The notes: generated by a model not told the origin, from the sequence alone. Positions 11,640 to 24,797 are shown, counted from the first letter of the stretch. The stretch: 64,000 bases of DNA from Zootoca vivipara (GCF_963506605.1 NC_083278.1:54064001-54128000), one strand, 5' to 3'. Translations and numbers: made by a program.

Positions 11640-11776
11640 NNNNNNNNNNNNNNNNNNNNNNNNNNNNNNNNNNNNNNNNNNNNNNNNNNNNNNNNNNNNN
11701 NNNNNNNNNNNNNNNNNNNNNNNNNNNNNNNNNNNNNNNNNNNNNNNNNNNNNNNNNNNNNNNNNNNNNNNNNNNN
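11640..11776. other. Assembly gap (137 N)
   Basis: Run of N. Confidence 1.
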
Positions 11777-11907
11777 TTGGAGTGCACCATATGGGTTTTG
11801 TATTCTCAGAAGACAGGGAAAAGCAATGACTATGTGTCTGTCTCCAAGGTCACATGCACTTCCATAAACATTAGACTGCACCGTTTGAGAGGGATGACTA
11901 CTAGAGC
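11777..11907 (-). repeat. 131-bp inverted duplicate of 14807-14937
   Basis: Reverse-complement match with a single mismatch. Confidence 0.93.
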
Positions 11908-11991
11908 TGCCAAGTTATCCCTTATTTTAAGGGATTTTCCCTTATGCTGAATAGGCTTCCTCGCGAGAAAAGGGAAAACTTGGCAGCTATG
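11905..11991. mobile_element. 90-bp hAT MITE, copy 2 (left TIR clipped by 3 bp, no TSD)
   Basis: Same sequence as 46651-46740; starts AGCTGCCAAGTT rather than CATAGCTGCCAAGTT. Confidence 0.88.
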
Positions 11992-12310
11992 CTTTTCCCC
12001 CTAGGTATATAAACATTAAAAATATTACCAAGCTAATTCAAATAAAATTCACCTTTAGTATATTCATATTCCAGGAAGCGCAGGATTTTGGTTGAGAAAG
12101 GATGGGTTACACCAGCCCTGTAAAGTAGTGTTGTTGTACAAATATTGCTGAGGGGTGTCTAAGAAAGATTGGTGTACAGTAGTCCAGTGTTGTTACCTAG
12201 TCTCTGGGAGTGGCAGTATCTGTGTTGGGGGGGGGGGGATGTCATGCTCCTTCTGGGGTAGTCCGTCCAACTTTGGTCCCCACCAGCAGCATTTTCCCAA
12301 CAAGCAACTT

Positions 12311-12730
12311 TGCGTGTTTAGACCCAGAGACCTCCCCCCCTAACTAAAGACACATTTGACTCAAAATTAATTTGGTTTTTGGCAGAATTTAGGCCACAAC
12401 TTTATTGATTACAGAAGGTGAGAGGTTGAATAGGCTCTGGTTCGACTAGCTCCCTGCACCCTTGCAGGCAGCGCTGACCCAGGGCAGCAGCATAGGTCAA
12501 CCAAGGGTGAACACCTGGATAGGCGGAAAGCCATGAACAGACTATGTTCACCACCCAGAGGTCCCCCTGGACTCAGGCATGGGCACAACCCCCTCTCGGG
12601 GGTTGAACAAACCAGTTGAGTCCATGGATTCATTTAACGGAATACCTTTCACATAGGGATGGCGAGCATTCTCCCATCCCTATCACCTGAACCAGTGCCT
12701 ATCCGTCACAAACAAGGCAAAATTGAATTG
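12311..12730 (-). mobile_element. Unclassified repeat, possibly a DIRS/Ngaro- or LTR-like terminus, related to 56143-56980
   Basis: Shares GGTTTTTGGCA...GGCCACAACTTTATT (minus-strand AATAAA) with the 56-kb element; boundaries uncertain. Confidence 0.35.
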
Positions 12731-14246
12731 TTCTTAGTCCAAAATTATTTGGAATGCTATATCAGCTGAGCATGATCGTTGATCAGTGGAGCAGCCATCT
12801 TCCTTCCCCTGGAGTCAATTCCACTGGGGCATTTTGAAATTCATTGCTTAAAGGGAGACCCACAAACACCTTGTCTGAACTAGTAAGCCCTTTCTCTCTT
12901 TCCAAAATTGTTACAGTTTGTCCTTACTGTCTCATGAAAAGTCACTGAATATCATCCCAACTTTTGCAAGGGACAGATGATTGGCCCAGCTTTATTCCAT
13001 GCCTGATTCCTGGTGTTTAAAATACACAGTGCCCTTTAATGCTTTCTCTTTCTTCAGTCAGATAAGGAAAAATAGAGGGAACAGAGACTGTCTTATGGTT
13101 TCAAAAGCTTTGTAAATTAAAGTTGCTTAAAAGGGTGTATTTTTTATTTTATTTTAAAAAAGACACAATTCTGCCTCAGTGTTCTAGCTCTAACATGCTT
13201 ATATTCTCAGGAAAATGGCTGGGGGGGGGGAGGTTAAATATAGCAACTCTACCTGGCACAGTAAGGGATTTTGTAAAACTGGGGTGGAGGTAATATAGTC
13301 CCCCTCATTTTCAAAGCATGATGTCCTCCTACGCATTAGACAACCTGTTCACAGCCTGCAAATTGCCAGGTGCACAGCTGTGCAAGGTAGTTTGCGTCTT
13401 TCATAACTCTGCAGCATTTTGTAGGGAGAATGCAGGGTTGCATACTTAGCCATTTTTGCTGCTTCACTTGCACGACCTCACATCCCCCTTTGTTCTGGAT
13501 TACTGTATTCATAGTAAGTTGGTGGCCTAAAGTAAATACCATCATTCACTTAGCTCCCCTTTCTCTACCGTTATCTAAAATAAGTATGAAGCAATGTTGT
13601 GCTTAATTATAGCTACAGAATTTGAGATGAAGTAACAAGGGGTAGGAAGTTTTGTATCTTTTCTAACCTTCATAAAAAGAACCCATTGGGGGCAATTGCT
13701 TTGTGGGGAAGGGCTCAAAAAGCATGAAAATACTTGCATGGAAAAGAAGGCATCCCCATCACCAACACATATGAGGTTGGTTCAGCAGCAAGGCATTCCC
13801 CATGCTTTCCACACCTGGTTAAAATAAGGACCAAGCAGTGGCTTCATTTGCCCTCGGTGATGTTTGTAAAGCAAAGGCTTCCATGCTTGTTTCGACAAGC
13901 TTCCCTTTAGAAATGCGGGCTGTACTTCTTGTTTTCTCCAGTTGCTTTCAGAATAGAAAAGTGGAGTCAAGTATTACTTGCACAGCCTGCCTTATTTTAA
14001 GGTGTGGAGGCAGGGGACTCGCCTTAAAATATAGTGTAACAGTTCTACAATATCTCTTGATATGCATCAATATACACTTTTTCTTCCTTTATGCATTAAG
14101 TGTGAACAAGGCTTTTTGTATAGTATGAGAATCAGGTATGTGGCTTGAATATCTGCATTTGTTGGTTTGTATGATGCTAGTGCAGCGGGTGTGTGTTCAT
14201 GAAAGATAGACTCGGGTGTCTTCACGTTCCACATTTCAGTTAAAAC

Positions 14247-14588
14247 TAAAAGTAAAGGTAAAGGTACCCCTGACCGTAAGGTCCAGTCGCGGACGACTCT
14301 GGGGTTGCACACTCATCTCACTCTATAGGCTGAGGGAGCCGGCGTTTGTCCGCAGACAGCTTCCGGGTCATGTGGCCACCATGACTAAGCCACTTCTGGC
14401 CAACCAGAGCAGCGCACGGAAACGCCGTTTACCTTCCCGCCGGAGCGGTACCTATTTATCTACTTGCAGTTGACGTGCTTTCAAACTGCTAGGTGGGCAG
14501 GAGCTGGGACTGAACAACGGGAGCTCACCCCGTCGTGGGGATTCAAACTGCTGACCTTCCAATTGGCAAACCCTAGGCTCTGTGGTTA
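14247..14588 (-). mobile_element. Sauria SINE, 5'-truncated
   Basis: Reverse-complemented ACCTTT tail (AAAGGTAAAGGTACCCCTGAC), diagnostic body, and GGGATTCAAAC B-box region. Confidence 0.92.
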
Positions 14589-15843
14589 GGACAATAGTCT
14601 AATTATAGACTATTGTCCTATAATTATCTTTTCCATATATACAGTATATATATAAAAAAGATCAGAAGCGGGCACTTTTTATGTTTTAGCCTTTCATGTG
14701 ATGTTGCAATTTGGTCAAAATGAATTCAGCAACTGGCAAAGCTGTTCTACTTGTATTTGCTTAGTGCTTCATTATAGATTCATTTATGTTTTATTTAATT
14801 AGCAGGGCTCTAGTAGTCATCCCTCTCAAACGGTGCAGTCTAATGTTTATGGAAGTGCATGTGACCTTGGAGACAGACACATAGCCATTGCTTTTCCCTG
14901 TCTTCTGAGAATACAAAACCCATATGGTGCACTCCAAAATGGGAAGCATTTATGCTGCATTGATGCCAAATTAACTGTCATTACATTTGAATAAAAGGTG
15001 AACAGTGTAAGGCAGAAAGCCAATAATCATCTAGTGCCGCTTAGATTCTTTGTACAAATTGAACATCTACATTTTTAATAACAATGCAGAAGACCAAAGT
15101 ATATATCTGTTAGGCTGAATATGTGAAATAAAGATATGAGGCCACAAATGAGGTTAAGTGCCATAGCTTTATTGACTATTAGCACAAGGATCTGCAATGG
15201 AAAAGGGTTTACTAACTCAGTCTGTGCAGGAATCCTAACTGGAGGAGACAGATAGACATGAGCTTCATGGCCATGTGGGATTTGAACTCCTAGTCCCTCC
15301 TCCCATTGTAACCACAATACCAAACTGGATCTTCAGCAATTGGTTGTGTTGGCTTGGGGCTGATGGGATTTGGAGTCTACTGACACCTGGATGGCTACAG
15401 GTTCCCCATCCTGGTGGATCGTGAAGTGCATTGGGACACATGGCGAGATAACATATTCATTTTTGGGATCAGCAGCTGTTAACATGCCTAGCAAAGATTA
15501 GGGCCTCCATGGACTGCGGCAGTCTACCCATAAATCTTGTTTGGCCACTGAGACACTTGTTGTTGTTCTCTGTGCCGGCTCCAGAATTTGGCGTGGGGCT
15601 CTAGCACAGCACCCTAGTGAACATTTTTCAGCAGGGTTACAAATTTGATTTCAGTTTTTCAACAGGCAGTGTTTTTCTTTTTGTTGCAGAATATTGTTGA
15701 TTCCTGCTGCTTAACATCTCTAAAATGTGCCTCTTTCTCTTATGATAAATAGAAAATCTTTAGTCACTTTCACTTGGAATACTGTAATTTCTTCAAATAT
15801 TTTTGAATATACCTTTTTCATGTTTATCTGTTTCTCACTTGAA

Positions 15844-15845
<2 letters not shown>

Positions 15846-15880
<35 letters not shown>
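15846..15880. repeat. (CT)n microsatellite
   Basis: Direct read. Confidence 0.95.
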
Positions 15881-15884
<4 letters not shown>

Positions 15885-16232
15885 AATCCAGTTGCTTATA
15901 TTTCCCATGCTCGTTACTTTTTGACCATGCTCCCTTTTTTTGTTTGCTGTGTGACTTTGGCTTTCTTTTATATTCCCTTTGAGATGCATTTAAGCATCTG
16001 TACTCTGTTACACTCTTTCCTGGCTTTTCATAGCACTCTTTCAATATCCCCTCATACTCTTCAAAACTTATGTTATCCTTTGTGTTTCTCACCTGTATGG
16101 GTTTTCTCTCTAGACCTTAGTTTTTGGAATGCTATTCATATATCCTCTTCAATTATAAAATGCCATCTGAAAACCCATTTTCTATCTCTGTTATTTGGTT
16201 TTAACAGAGCAGCTAGATGGAACGAGTGCTTA

Positions 16233-16237
16233 GTGTA

Positions 16238-16318
<81 letters not shown>
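16233..16318. repeat. (GTGTAT)n + (AT)n compound microsatellite
   Basis: Direct read. Confidence 0.95.
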
Positions 16319-16323
<5 letters not shown>

Positions 16324-16699
16324 CAACAGTAGCAGCAGCAGTATGCACATATTTTTCAGTATAACCTCAGCTCTGATCAATCATTACATGTGTTCTCCTT
16401 GAGGTTTTGATCTTTTCATTTATTTATTTATCTAAATTAATTATTCATTCTAAATATTTTAAATATGTATATGTGCCTCTGGACTTAAGGTGCATTGTAA
16501 AATCTAATTTATTATTTTCATTATTTATTAATAGCAGAAGCCACTTTTTGAGTGGCATTTAGTATATGGTTTGCATTTTCACATGAGGTTTCCAAAGGAC
16601 TTGATGAGCAGAATTTTGTGTGTGTGTTTGTGTCTGAATTTGTGTGTGAATATATAAAAACAATATATTTTTAAAATGGAACAGAGCATAGGCAACAGA

Positions 16700-17463
16700 A
16701 GTTAGGCTATCCTTGTCCAGATAGGGGTGCAGCTGCCTTCACTGCTACTTAATAGGCTCAGTAATGAACCCTCACTACTGTTCTATTGCATTCAACTGGA
16801 GTTTTCCTCCACATGCATTCAAATCATCTTCCAACTTGTCTCATTGGCCTAAACTCTGGAGTATACCAAGGAACCAAGTGGGCTCTATGAGTGGGAGATG
16901 GTGCTCAGGGATGATTGTGTCAATGGCCTGAGAGATCCACATGTTCCAGAGGTTGGCCAGGGCTTTGACAAGACTGCCAGTCATATCAGCTGGAAAATCC
17001 ATGAGAGCTGTCAGGAAATTTATTGGATCCACCAGCCTCCAAAGGCAGACCATACTAATAGGTCCCCCACCTCTGCAGAGGTGGAAAGGTGCTGAAAGCC
17101 TAAATCTCAACAGGAAATGATCTGACCTTGATAAGGGACTGATGTCAATATCCCCCACTTTCAGATCACCCTCTTCCTGCTCAGTTGAACAAACAAGGTC
17201 CAGACTGTGGCCTGCCACATGCGTTGGGCCAATGACATGATAAAACAGTTCCATGGTTGTCATGGTTGTCACAGTCCTGAGCCACCCTAGAGCCAGTCAA
17301 TCTAGAGCCAGTTTGGGGGGCCTCAACTCCACCTGTGGGAACAGCTCTGTCAGCTCAGGCAGGGAGACTGCTGGGCAGCAAGGTGGGCACTAAACCAGCA
17401 GAATCCCCATTCTGTCTCGATTGCCCACACACTCTAGATCTCTCCTCAACTGGACAGAAAGCT

Positions 17464-17522
<59 letters not shown>

Positions 17523-17830
17523 TTTCTATAGACTGCAGCAACCCTCCCCAACCCTCAAAGTCTGCTCTGATGCTGCACCAAGTACCCAGGTTGGCACAAC
17601 AGTGTGAAATCAACTCTACCCTGATCACTCACCCAGGTCTCAGTGATACAGACCAGCCACCTCATTCACAATCAGATCATGGGTGAGGGTTATCTTATTC
17701 AGAGCCGACCTGGCATTCAACAGCAGCAGCCACAAACCCAAGGGCTAGCAAATAGGACAACCACAGTTCCCCAGGTTGGAGGAAGGGCTGGCATGTGGCA
17801 CAGTCACTAACTGCCTTGCTATGTATCCGT
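16700..17830 (-). mobile_element. Decayed L2 LINE endonuclease region with deletions and an internal (GA)n at 17466-17517
   Basis: ORF 16841-17272 contains PTHVAGHSLDLV and SDHFL (APE endonuclease motifs) and is homologous to 59290-59679; LLLNARS-like motif near 17700-17730. Confidence 0.8.
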
Positions 17831-19134
17831 TGCCCGGCCTGTCCCTTCCCCACCCTGGTGTACAGCACAAACTGACTCTCTCAAAGGAAGCAAGGATACA
17901 ACCCACTATGCCCCAAACAGTCCACAATACTGTTGTGAATGCCAATTGTCCCTCTTTAAGCTTGTCAGTACTACTGTCATTAAATGCAGTGTATAAGCAT
18001 GTAGCAGTAATTCCTTGAAAGTATTGTGACAGTTTCTGTTTAGACCTTTTGTGTGACAAGGCTGAGAGACTACTGCTATCCAGCTATCTAACAAAGAAAA
18101 GGAATATATGATAGGGAAAATGGAAGACATTGAAGTGCATGAAATAGCAAACATCCTTTCACAATAGTACCGTGGTTCATCTTTTTACATTTTCCTCACC
18201 AAAAGTAGCTAAGAAGCAAGATTTGGCTCCCTGACAACTTTTGCATTGTGAAAGTTCAAGGCATGCTGATTTGATTATTTACTCACAAGATGTGTACTGT
18301 ATTAAATGTAAATTCTATAAAATCCCCTTAATGCCAACTATGTGTTAGGATAGTACAAAAGAACCACTGAAAAATATCCAGCAGATGAACAATATATCAC
18401 ACACACTTAAGGACCTTAAAAGCACAGGTTGTCCCTTGAAATTAGATTTGGACGGTATAATTGAAGTGCAGTGTGAGTGCATTAGCATCGTATTCAAATA
18501 GTACCTTGTAATGGTATCATGGAAAGGTTTTGCTTCTCATCCAGTCACTCTATCTCTGCACCCGTAAATCTTTTGTAGAGCTAAATTGACTTCATTGGTA
18601 AATGATTATTGCCTTCCAGAATGGGAGCTTCTCTGCCTCTAAAAATAAAGCATTACAGCTCTCTTCTAACTATGCAAATAGGCCTGCTGCTTGCAGATGT
18701 GATCTATAGTTCTGTTTTTGTCAGTGGAAAAATGGCCACAATAAGGGTGCATTTCCTGTATCTTAAAGTATTGCACATTAAATTCCAGAAATCATGAATT
18801 CTAATGGAAAAAATATCAGCCTTAATAAATTAACTCTGTACTGTACAATCAGGTAAAGAAACCATCCTAATTCTGACAGAGGCTGTCCCTGGACTGTGCA
18901 CTTCAACAAAATGAAGAAAGATGGTGCATGTTGCTTGCTTCACCTTTCCGGCAAACACTGAAGTGAGCTGGCCTTGAGGGGAAAGTCACAGGTGCACTGT
19001 TTACACAGAACGTCCCAAGATTGTGACAGCACTGCTTTTAATGATAACAGCTACATTAGTTTGTTTTAGAGCGGTAAAAAAAAACCAACCCTTTTTTATC
19101 AATCAGAAAGGTTCCTATAATTTAAAAGGCAGGA

Positions 19135-19445
19135 TAAAAGGTAGGCTAAAGGACCCCTGTCAGTCAAGTCCAGTTGTGAATGACTCTGGGGTTACGGCGC
19201 TCATCTCGCTTTACTGGCCAAGGGAGCTGGTGTTTGTCCACAGACAGTTTTTCCAGGTCCTGTGGCCAGCACGGAAATGCCGTTCATCTTCCTGCCAGAG
19301 TGGTACCTATTTATCTACTTGCACTTTGACGTGCTTTCGAACTGCTAGGTTGGCAGGAGCTGGGACTGAACAACAGGAGCGCACCCTGTTGTGGGGATTC
19401 AAACTGCTGACCTTCTGATCAGCAAACCCTAGGCTCAGTGGTTTA
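19135..19445 (-). mobile_element. Sauria SINE with internal deletion
   Basis: Homologous to 14247-14588. Confidence 0.9.
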
Positions 19446-20082
19446 CGGCAAAAGTTACTTGAGCCCCAGATGCCCTTGAAGATTGCCTGTTTCAATCATG
19501 CCCCTCATTGCAATCATTAAGATTTTTATTTTTTTTAAAAACACCATTTGCTGAACCTTTGTCCATGGGCATCACAGCATGCTCAGACACACACACCTTT
19601 AGTGCCCATCAAGGCCTACTGCCACTTCCAATTTTAATTCTTTGAAATTCTTACCATGGGTAGCACTGGGTCAGCAGAAAGTGTAGTCATCCACTCAGCA
19701 AACTCCCTTTACCCTGAATGCTGGGGAGAGACTTTGTTGCTTTACTGTTTTGGTTGTATGGAGTGTGTTTTGCCTGCTTTTTCTTTTGTTTGGTTGAGTG
19801 GAGGTTAGTTTAGGGAGGGGTGTTTCCTGCTTTTTGCTCTGTGTTTTGTTTGATTTAAGTGGGGGGAGGGATGTCATTTGTTTTGAGGGTGTGTCTAGGG
19901 ATCACAAAATCTGTAAAATAGTTATTTTTCTGTGCACACTACATTTTCTTAGATTTCCATTTGTGTCCAAGGTCCATATTGTTCCAGTTCCAGTACCTAT
20001 GCAACTAGTTTAATTTGTTTCACTTCAGTGCTTTACTAGAATCCTAGCCTAAATTTATTTTGAAAAATTATGGGCTACTGTA

Positions 20083-20475
20083 AAGCACTCTATGTGGGGC
20101 TGCCTAGAAGGCAGGTCTTGACGCTGCAACTAATGAAGAACACAGTGACTAGATCTGCTGACTGGGGCAGTTTACCACAAGCCACTTTTAAAAGAATTGT
20201 CCTGGCTGCCAGTATGCTACCAATTCAGGTTTAAAGTTTTGTTGCAGAGCCATTAACATCTTCAAACAAGGCCCTGGTCATTCTTCAGCACACAGAAGCC
20301 TGCATCAATAGGTCCATCTTTCAAGAATCAGGATGAGGGCCGTTTTGTTATGGTTTTCACTCCACGGAACAACCTCCCCTAAGAGATCAGACAAATGCCT
20401 AATGTTTGTGGGTGGATTTTGGTACTTCCTAAAAACTTGCAACTTCTACCAGGCCTTTGCTGTCCATTAATGTTA
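20083..20475 (+). mobile_element. Highly decayed L2 3' fragment
   Basis: GCACTCTATGTGGGGCTGCC, CTGGCTGCCAG and GGTTTAAAGT motifs shared with other L2 copies. Confidence 0.6.
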
Positions 20476-20650
20476 ATGAGCTGAGTTTACTTGGAACATT
20501 ATCATTAAACTGGAAATAAGAGAAGCGTCCCTCGGAATGTTTTAACTATTAATGGTTAGAGTGAGAGTTCTGTCATATTCAGTTTCAGATTTGTACTCTC
20601 CAAAAGTTAGTACTTAAAAATGTTGGCAGTCTGGAAGTGACTCTGGACAC

Positions 20651-21233
20651 CAAGGGCGTACCCACCATGCGGCAAGTTAGGGCAGCTGCCCTACTCTAGA
20701 AGCAGGGCTGGTGGGCAGAGGCGGAGCACAGCCCGGCGGAGCGCGAGTTCGCCATTCCCGCCGCACCGCGCCACACCCTCCCTCCAGCTCCCCGGCGCGC
20801 CCTCAGGCAAGGCCAAGCGCGGCGGGGAACCAGGGAGCGCGGCGCGGTGGGCGGGAACGCCGAACTCGCGCTCCGCTGGGCTGGGCTCCGCCTCCGCCCA
20901 CCAGCCCTGCTGCTAGGGAGGGGCACAGCCCGGCGGAGCGCGAGTTCGCCGTTCCCGCCCGCCGCGCTGCGCCCTCCCTCCAGCTCCCCGTCGCGCCCTC
21001 TGGCAAGGCCAAGCGCGGCGGGGAACCAGAGAGCGCGGCGCGGCGGGCGGGAACGCTGAACTCGCGCTCCGCTGGGCTGGGCTCCGCCTCCGCCCACCAG
21101 CCCTGCTTCTAGGGAGGGGCACAGCCCGGCGGAGCGCGAGTTCGCCGTTCCCGCCCACTTTGTGGCCCCTCCCCTTCCATGCCTTGGCCCCTCCCCTTGC
21201 CCCCCCCTAGTTTTGATCCTGGGTACACCCATG
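20651..21233. mobile_element. Non-autonomous hAT element with CpG-rich internal tandem and inverted repeats
   Basis: TIR CAAGGGCGTACCCA / TGGGTACACCCATG; exact 8-bp TSD CTGGACAC at 20643-20650 and 21234-21241; about 197-bp period (20727, 20924, 21120). Confidence 0.88.
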
Positions 21234-22055
21234 CTGGACACACTGAATTTTATGTGAGGCTAAAGAAGTCAATAGTGGCGATTTCTTCTTTATTACAAAA
21301 GACAGAGCCTCAGGGACTCAGGGACTCAGGGACGCAAGATGCAGCATTTAAAGGTTTACTTCTCTAGCTTGCTGGTCCAAATATAATCCAAGATAGAAGC
21401 AACAAGATCTTATCACTTTCTAATGGCTGATTTATGGCTTTAGTCTATTCCCAGTGACAACTTATAAAAGCATGCCTGTTGGTATCCAATACAAATAACT
21501 GGGGTCAGTGTGGACTACTGACTGAAATCACCTAATGAAACTCTTTGCCCTCCAATTTCAGATGTTTCCTGTTGGTGGACTGATGATGGAAACAGGCACT
21601 GTGGTTTATTGTGTCACAGATGCCTAGTGCACTTGTGTGTGGTGTATCCTGCTAGCATCTTTCTGCAAGTCCAAGGATTCTTTTATATTGTTTCAGCGTG
21701 TGCCCCACCCATAATATAACCACATTGTAGTACATCATCAAACAATTTTTTAAAGGGCTTTGGTGGCATGCAACTCAAAAAGCATTATATTTTCAGAGGA
21801 AAAAAGAACAAAAACCTAAGCCCCAGAAACTGCACCTCGTCTCAAAATAGATGTGCAAAACCATTTACTTGAGCAATATTATCTTGCGATTCCTTCTGCT
21901 ATTTGCTTCGCATTTCACTAGTGCTGCATATGTTTAGTATTATAGCAACCCTGCAGCATTATAGAAAAATATTTTTCACTATCCCTATTAATAGTAGTAG
22001 GACTAGTAATAGTAATAATCACCATCCTTTTCCTAAATGTGAAAAGCTAGCACTT

Positions 22056-22691
22056 ACAACAACAACAACAATTTATTATTTATACCCCGCCCATCTGGCT
22101 GGGTTTCCCCAGCCACTCTGGGCAGCTTCCAGCAGGAATATTAAAATACAATAATTTATTAAACATTTAAAGCTTCCCTAAACAGGGCTGCCTTCAGATG
22201 TGCTCTAAAGGTCTGGTAGTAGTTTTTCTCTTTGACATCTGGTGGGAGGGTGTTCCACAGGGCGGGTGCCACTACCGAGAAGGCCCTCTGCCTGGTTCCC
22301 TGAAACTTGGCTTCTTGCAGGGAGGGAACCACCAGAAGGCCCTCAGCACTGGACCTCAGTGTACGGGCAGAACGATGGAGGTGGAGATGCTTCTTCAGGT
22401 ATACTGGACCGAGGCCGTTTAGGGTCAGCACCAACACTTTGAATTGTGCTCGGAAATGTACTGGGAGCCAATGTAGGTCTTTCAAGACCGGTGTTATGTG
22501 GTCTCAGTGGTTGCTCCCAGTCACCAGTCTAGCTGCTGCATTCTGGATTAATTGTAGTTTCCGGGTCACCTTCAAAGGTAGCCCCACGTAGAGCGCATTG
22601 CAGTAGTCCAAGTGAGAGATAACTAGAGCATGCACCATTGGTGAGACAGCCCGCGGGCAGGTAGGGTCTCAGCTTGCATGCCAGATGGGGC
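22056..22691 (-). mobile_element. L2 LINE 3' fragment, relatively young
   Basis: ORF contains LHWLPVHFRAQFKVLVLT and RAFSVVAPALWNTLP; 3' UTR and simple-repeat tail present. Confidence 0.92.
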
Positions 22692-24555
22692 TATTACCAG
22701 TATTACTCCCATATTACCAGTATTATTCCCATATCACAGAGGTGTGGCTGAAAGACAGCCCTTTCCATAAAGTTATCCATGTCCAGGGAGCTATTGGCTG
22801 TGCTGAGATTTGAACCAATGTCCATCTCTATTGCTTACACTGTTAGCCACCATTCTATACCAACTCAACACTGTTTGCTTATGGAGAAGACTGAATTAGC
22901 ACAGAAGCTGAAGCAGTGGAAACAATGTCAGTGTGTGTTCTCACCAAATCCAGAGATGTGCAAATAGATTGGACCTGTTCTATAAATAAATACTGGGATG
23001 TAGATTATTCTGTTTTGTTGTTTGTCTAGCACCTTTTCAAAGCTTCTGAGGCTTATTTCAAGCATTGTCATGTGCGGGCAACAGAAATAAAACCCTCTAG
23101 TCAAATTCTTGACTAATTTTCTTGATTCTGTTCTTTGTGGAATGCAGAGTTTATTCTTTTCTAATTAAATATAGAAAAATGGAATGGTGTTTTTTAAAAG
23201 TGATATGTAGTTTTATTACACATTTCTGGGCCGTTGACCTGTAACATAAATTGGTTGCTTTTATTTCAGTTGTTGTCCCAGCCTGAATTACTTTTTCATC
23301 GCATGTTGCTTTTCTCAGCTTTCAGGCACTCAAATCTGTCTTATTACTTTCATGCCCTTTTCTCAGTAGAATCAATCGATAGAAAGTGTTTTTAGCAGTG
23401 ACACATGACACCAGTTTACTGCAGTGTAGGTGCTGGATGGTATTAACCCTGTTGACCTCCTTTTACACTGTGTTTTGAGTTAAATAGTAGGTATCATTTG
23501 TTGATTCTTTAATATAGGTCCTCAAGGTGCTTGAACATGCCTAGAATTAGGCTTGAGTAATATACATGCCTTCTTGAATTCTGAAGGGACTCTTCTTCCA
23601 CTTCACAATTGCTTCAGATTATGTTTAAAGACCAATACACTCCTGTGTGTAAGAGTCCTTTATTCCAAAGGAATAGCCTCCCTCCCCATTCCCAGAACTG
23701 CAGTTCTCCACAAAATAATTTGTTGTTGTTGTTGCCAAATCTGTGGATTCGCATCATAGTCATCCCAGGCTGGTTCTCATCATGCTACAAAAGGCACATT
23801 CACATATACATTTGTTTAAAACAGGCTACTAAAAAACCATTCAGTAAAGCACACCAGCACAAATATATATGTAAACTCGGTAAACTTTGCCCCAAATGCC
23901 TGGGAGAATAAAAATGTCTTCACTTGCTGACAGAAACTGACCAGAGTTTATCTCATTGATACCTCCAGCAGAAGGGAGTTTCACAGTCATGGGACCACAC
24001 AGCAGGGCAAGACCAGTAGATACAGTGGATAGTATACTGCTCTCATTTGTCAGGCATGAAAGAAATAGTTATGATATATGTGTCTTGCAAGTGATTTCTG
24101 CAGTTCCTGAAAGGGACTTTTCTGTTAGCCTTACTCCTCAGCTATTGTTTCTTACCATCACACAAATATTCACTGATACCCATTAGAACTTCAACAATAG
24201 CCATTGGCGTGGTGGGACAGAGCTGCAGAGACACCCTCCTGACACTGCCATCACTACAGCTTACCTGGGTGGGACAGAGTGCTGGCAATGTCAGGAGCTA
24301 TGTGGATGCATTAGCAGGTGTGCCAGATTTGTTTTACCAGTGCATCTGGGCAGCCCTAATCGTGCCACCATCTTGCCCCACCCAATTCCCATCTAGGGAA
24401 GATGTAATAGTGGTTGGAGGGCAACTCTGCAGCTCTGTCGCACCACCCTAGCTACTACTACTATTTTGTTTCTTCTGTGTAAGCGGACTGTCAAAAGCTT
24501 CTGCTTGTCCAACTGGAATTTAACTAGATAAAAAATATACATTTCTTTGTGTAGA

Positions 24556-24633
24556 GAAGTGGTTCTTAACCTATGATCCATGCACCCTAGGGGATCCATG
24601 ATGGGCTTCAGGTCTGTGCACTAGGTACACATA

Positions 24634-24674
<41 letters not shown>

Positions 24675-24797
24675 CCAGATTCCTTCCTGTTACTTTGCAA
24701 ATTGTCTTTGTGGGGAGAAAAACTGGGGAGGGCATCCATAGCTTTCATCAAATGCTCAAAGGGGTCCATGAGTCAAAAAAAAGGTTAAGAACAAGGG
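24556..24797. mobile_element. Decayed hAT-like MITE containing (CA)n at 24628-24672
   Basis: GTTCTTAACCT / AGGTTAAGAAC inverted ends; degenerate TSD ending in TAGAG. Confidence 0.55.

Noticed and set aside
11459-11881. ORFs spanning the N run
   Set aside because: Artefact of translating through the assembly gap.
15720-17628. ORFs with RERERE, YIYIYI or SLSLSL runs
   Set aside because: Translations of microsatellites.
20696-21241. CpG island promoter or GC-rich ORFs up to 181 aa
   Set aside because: Bounded by hAT TIRs and a perfect 8-bp TSD; the ORFs arise from GC-rich tandem repeats.
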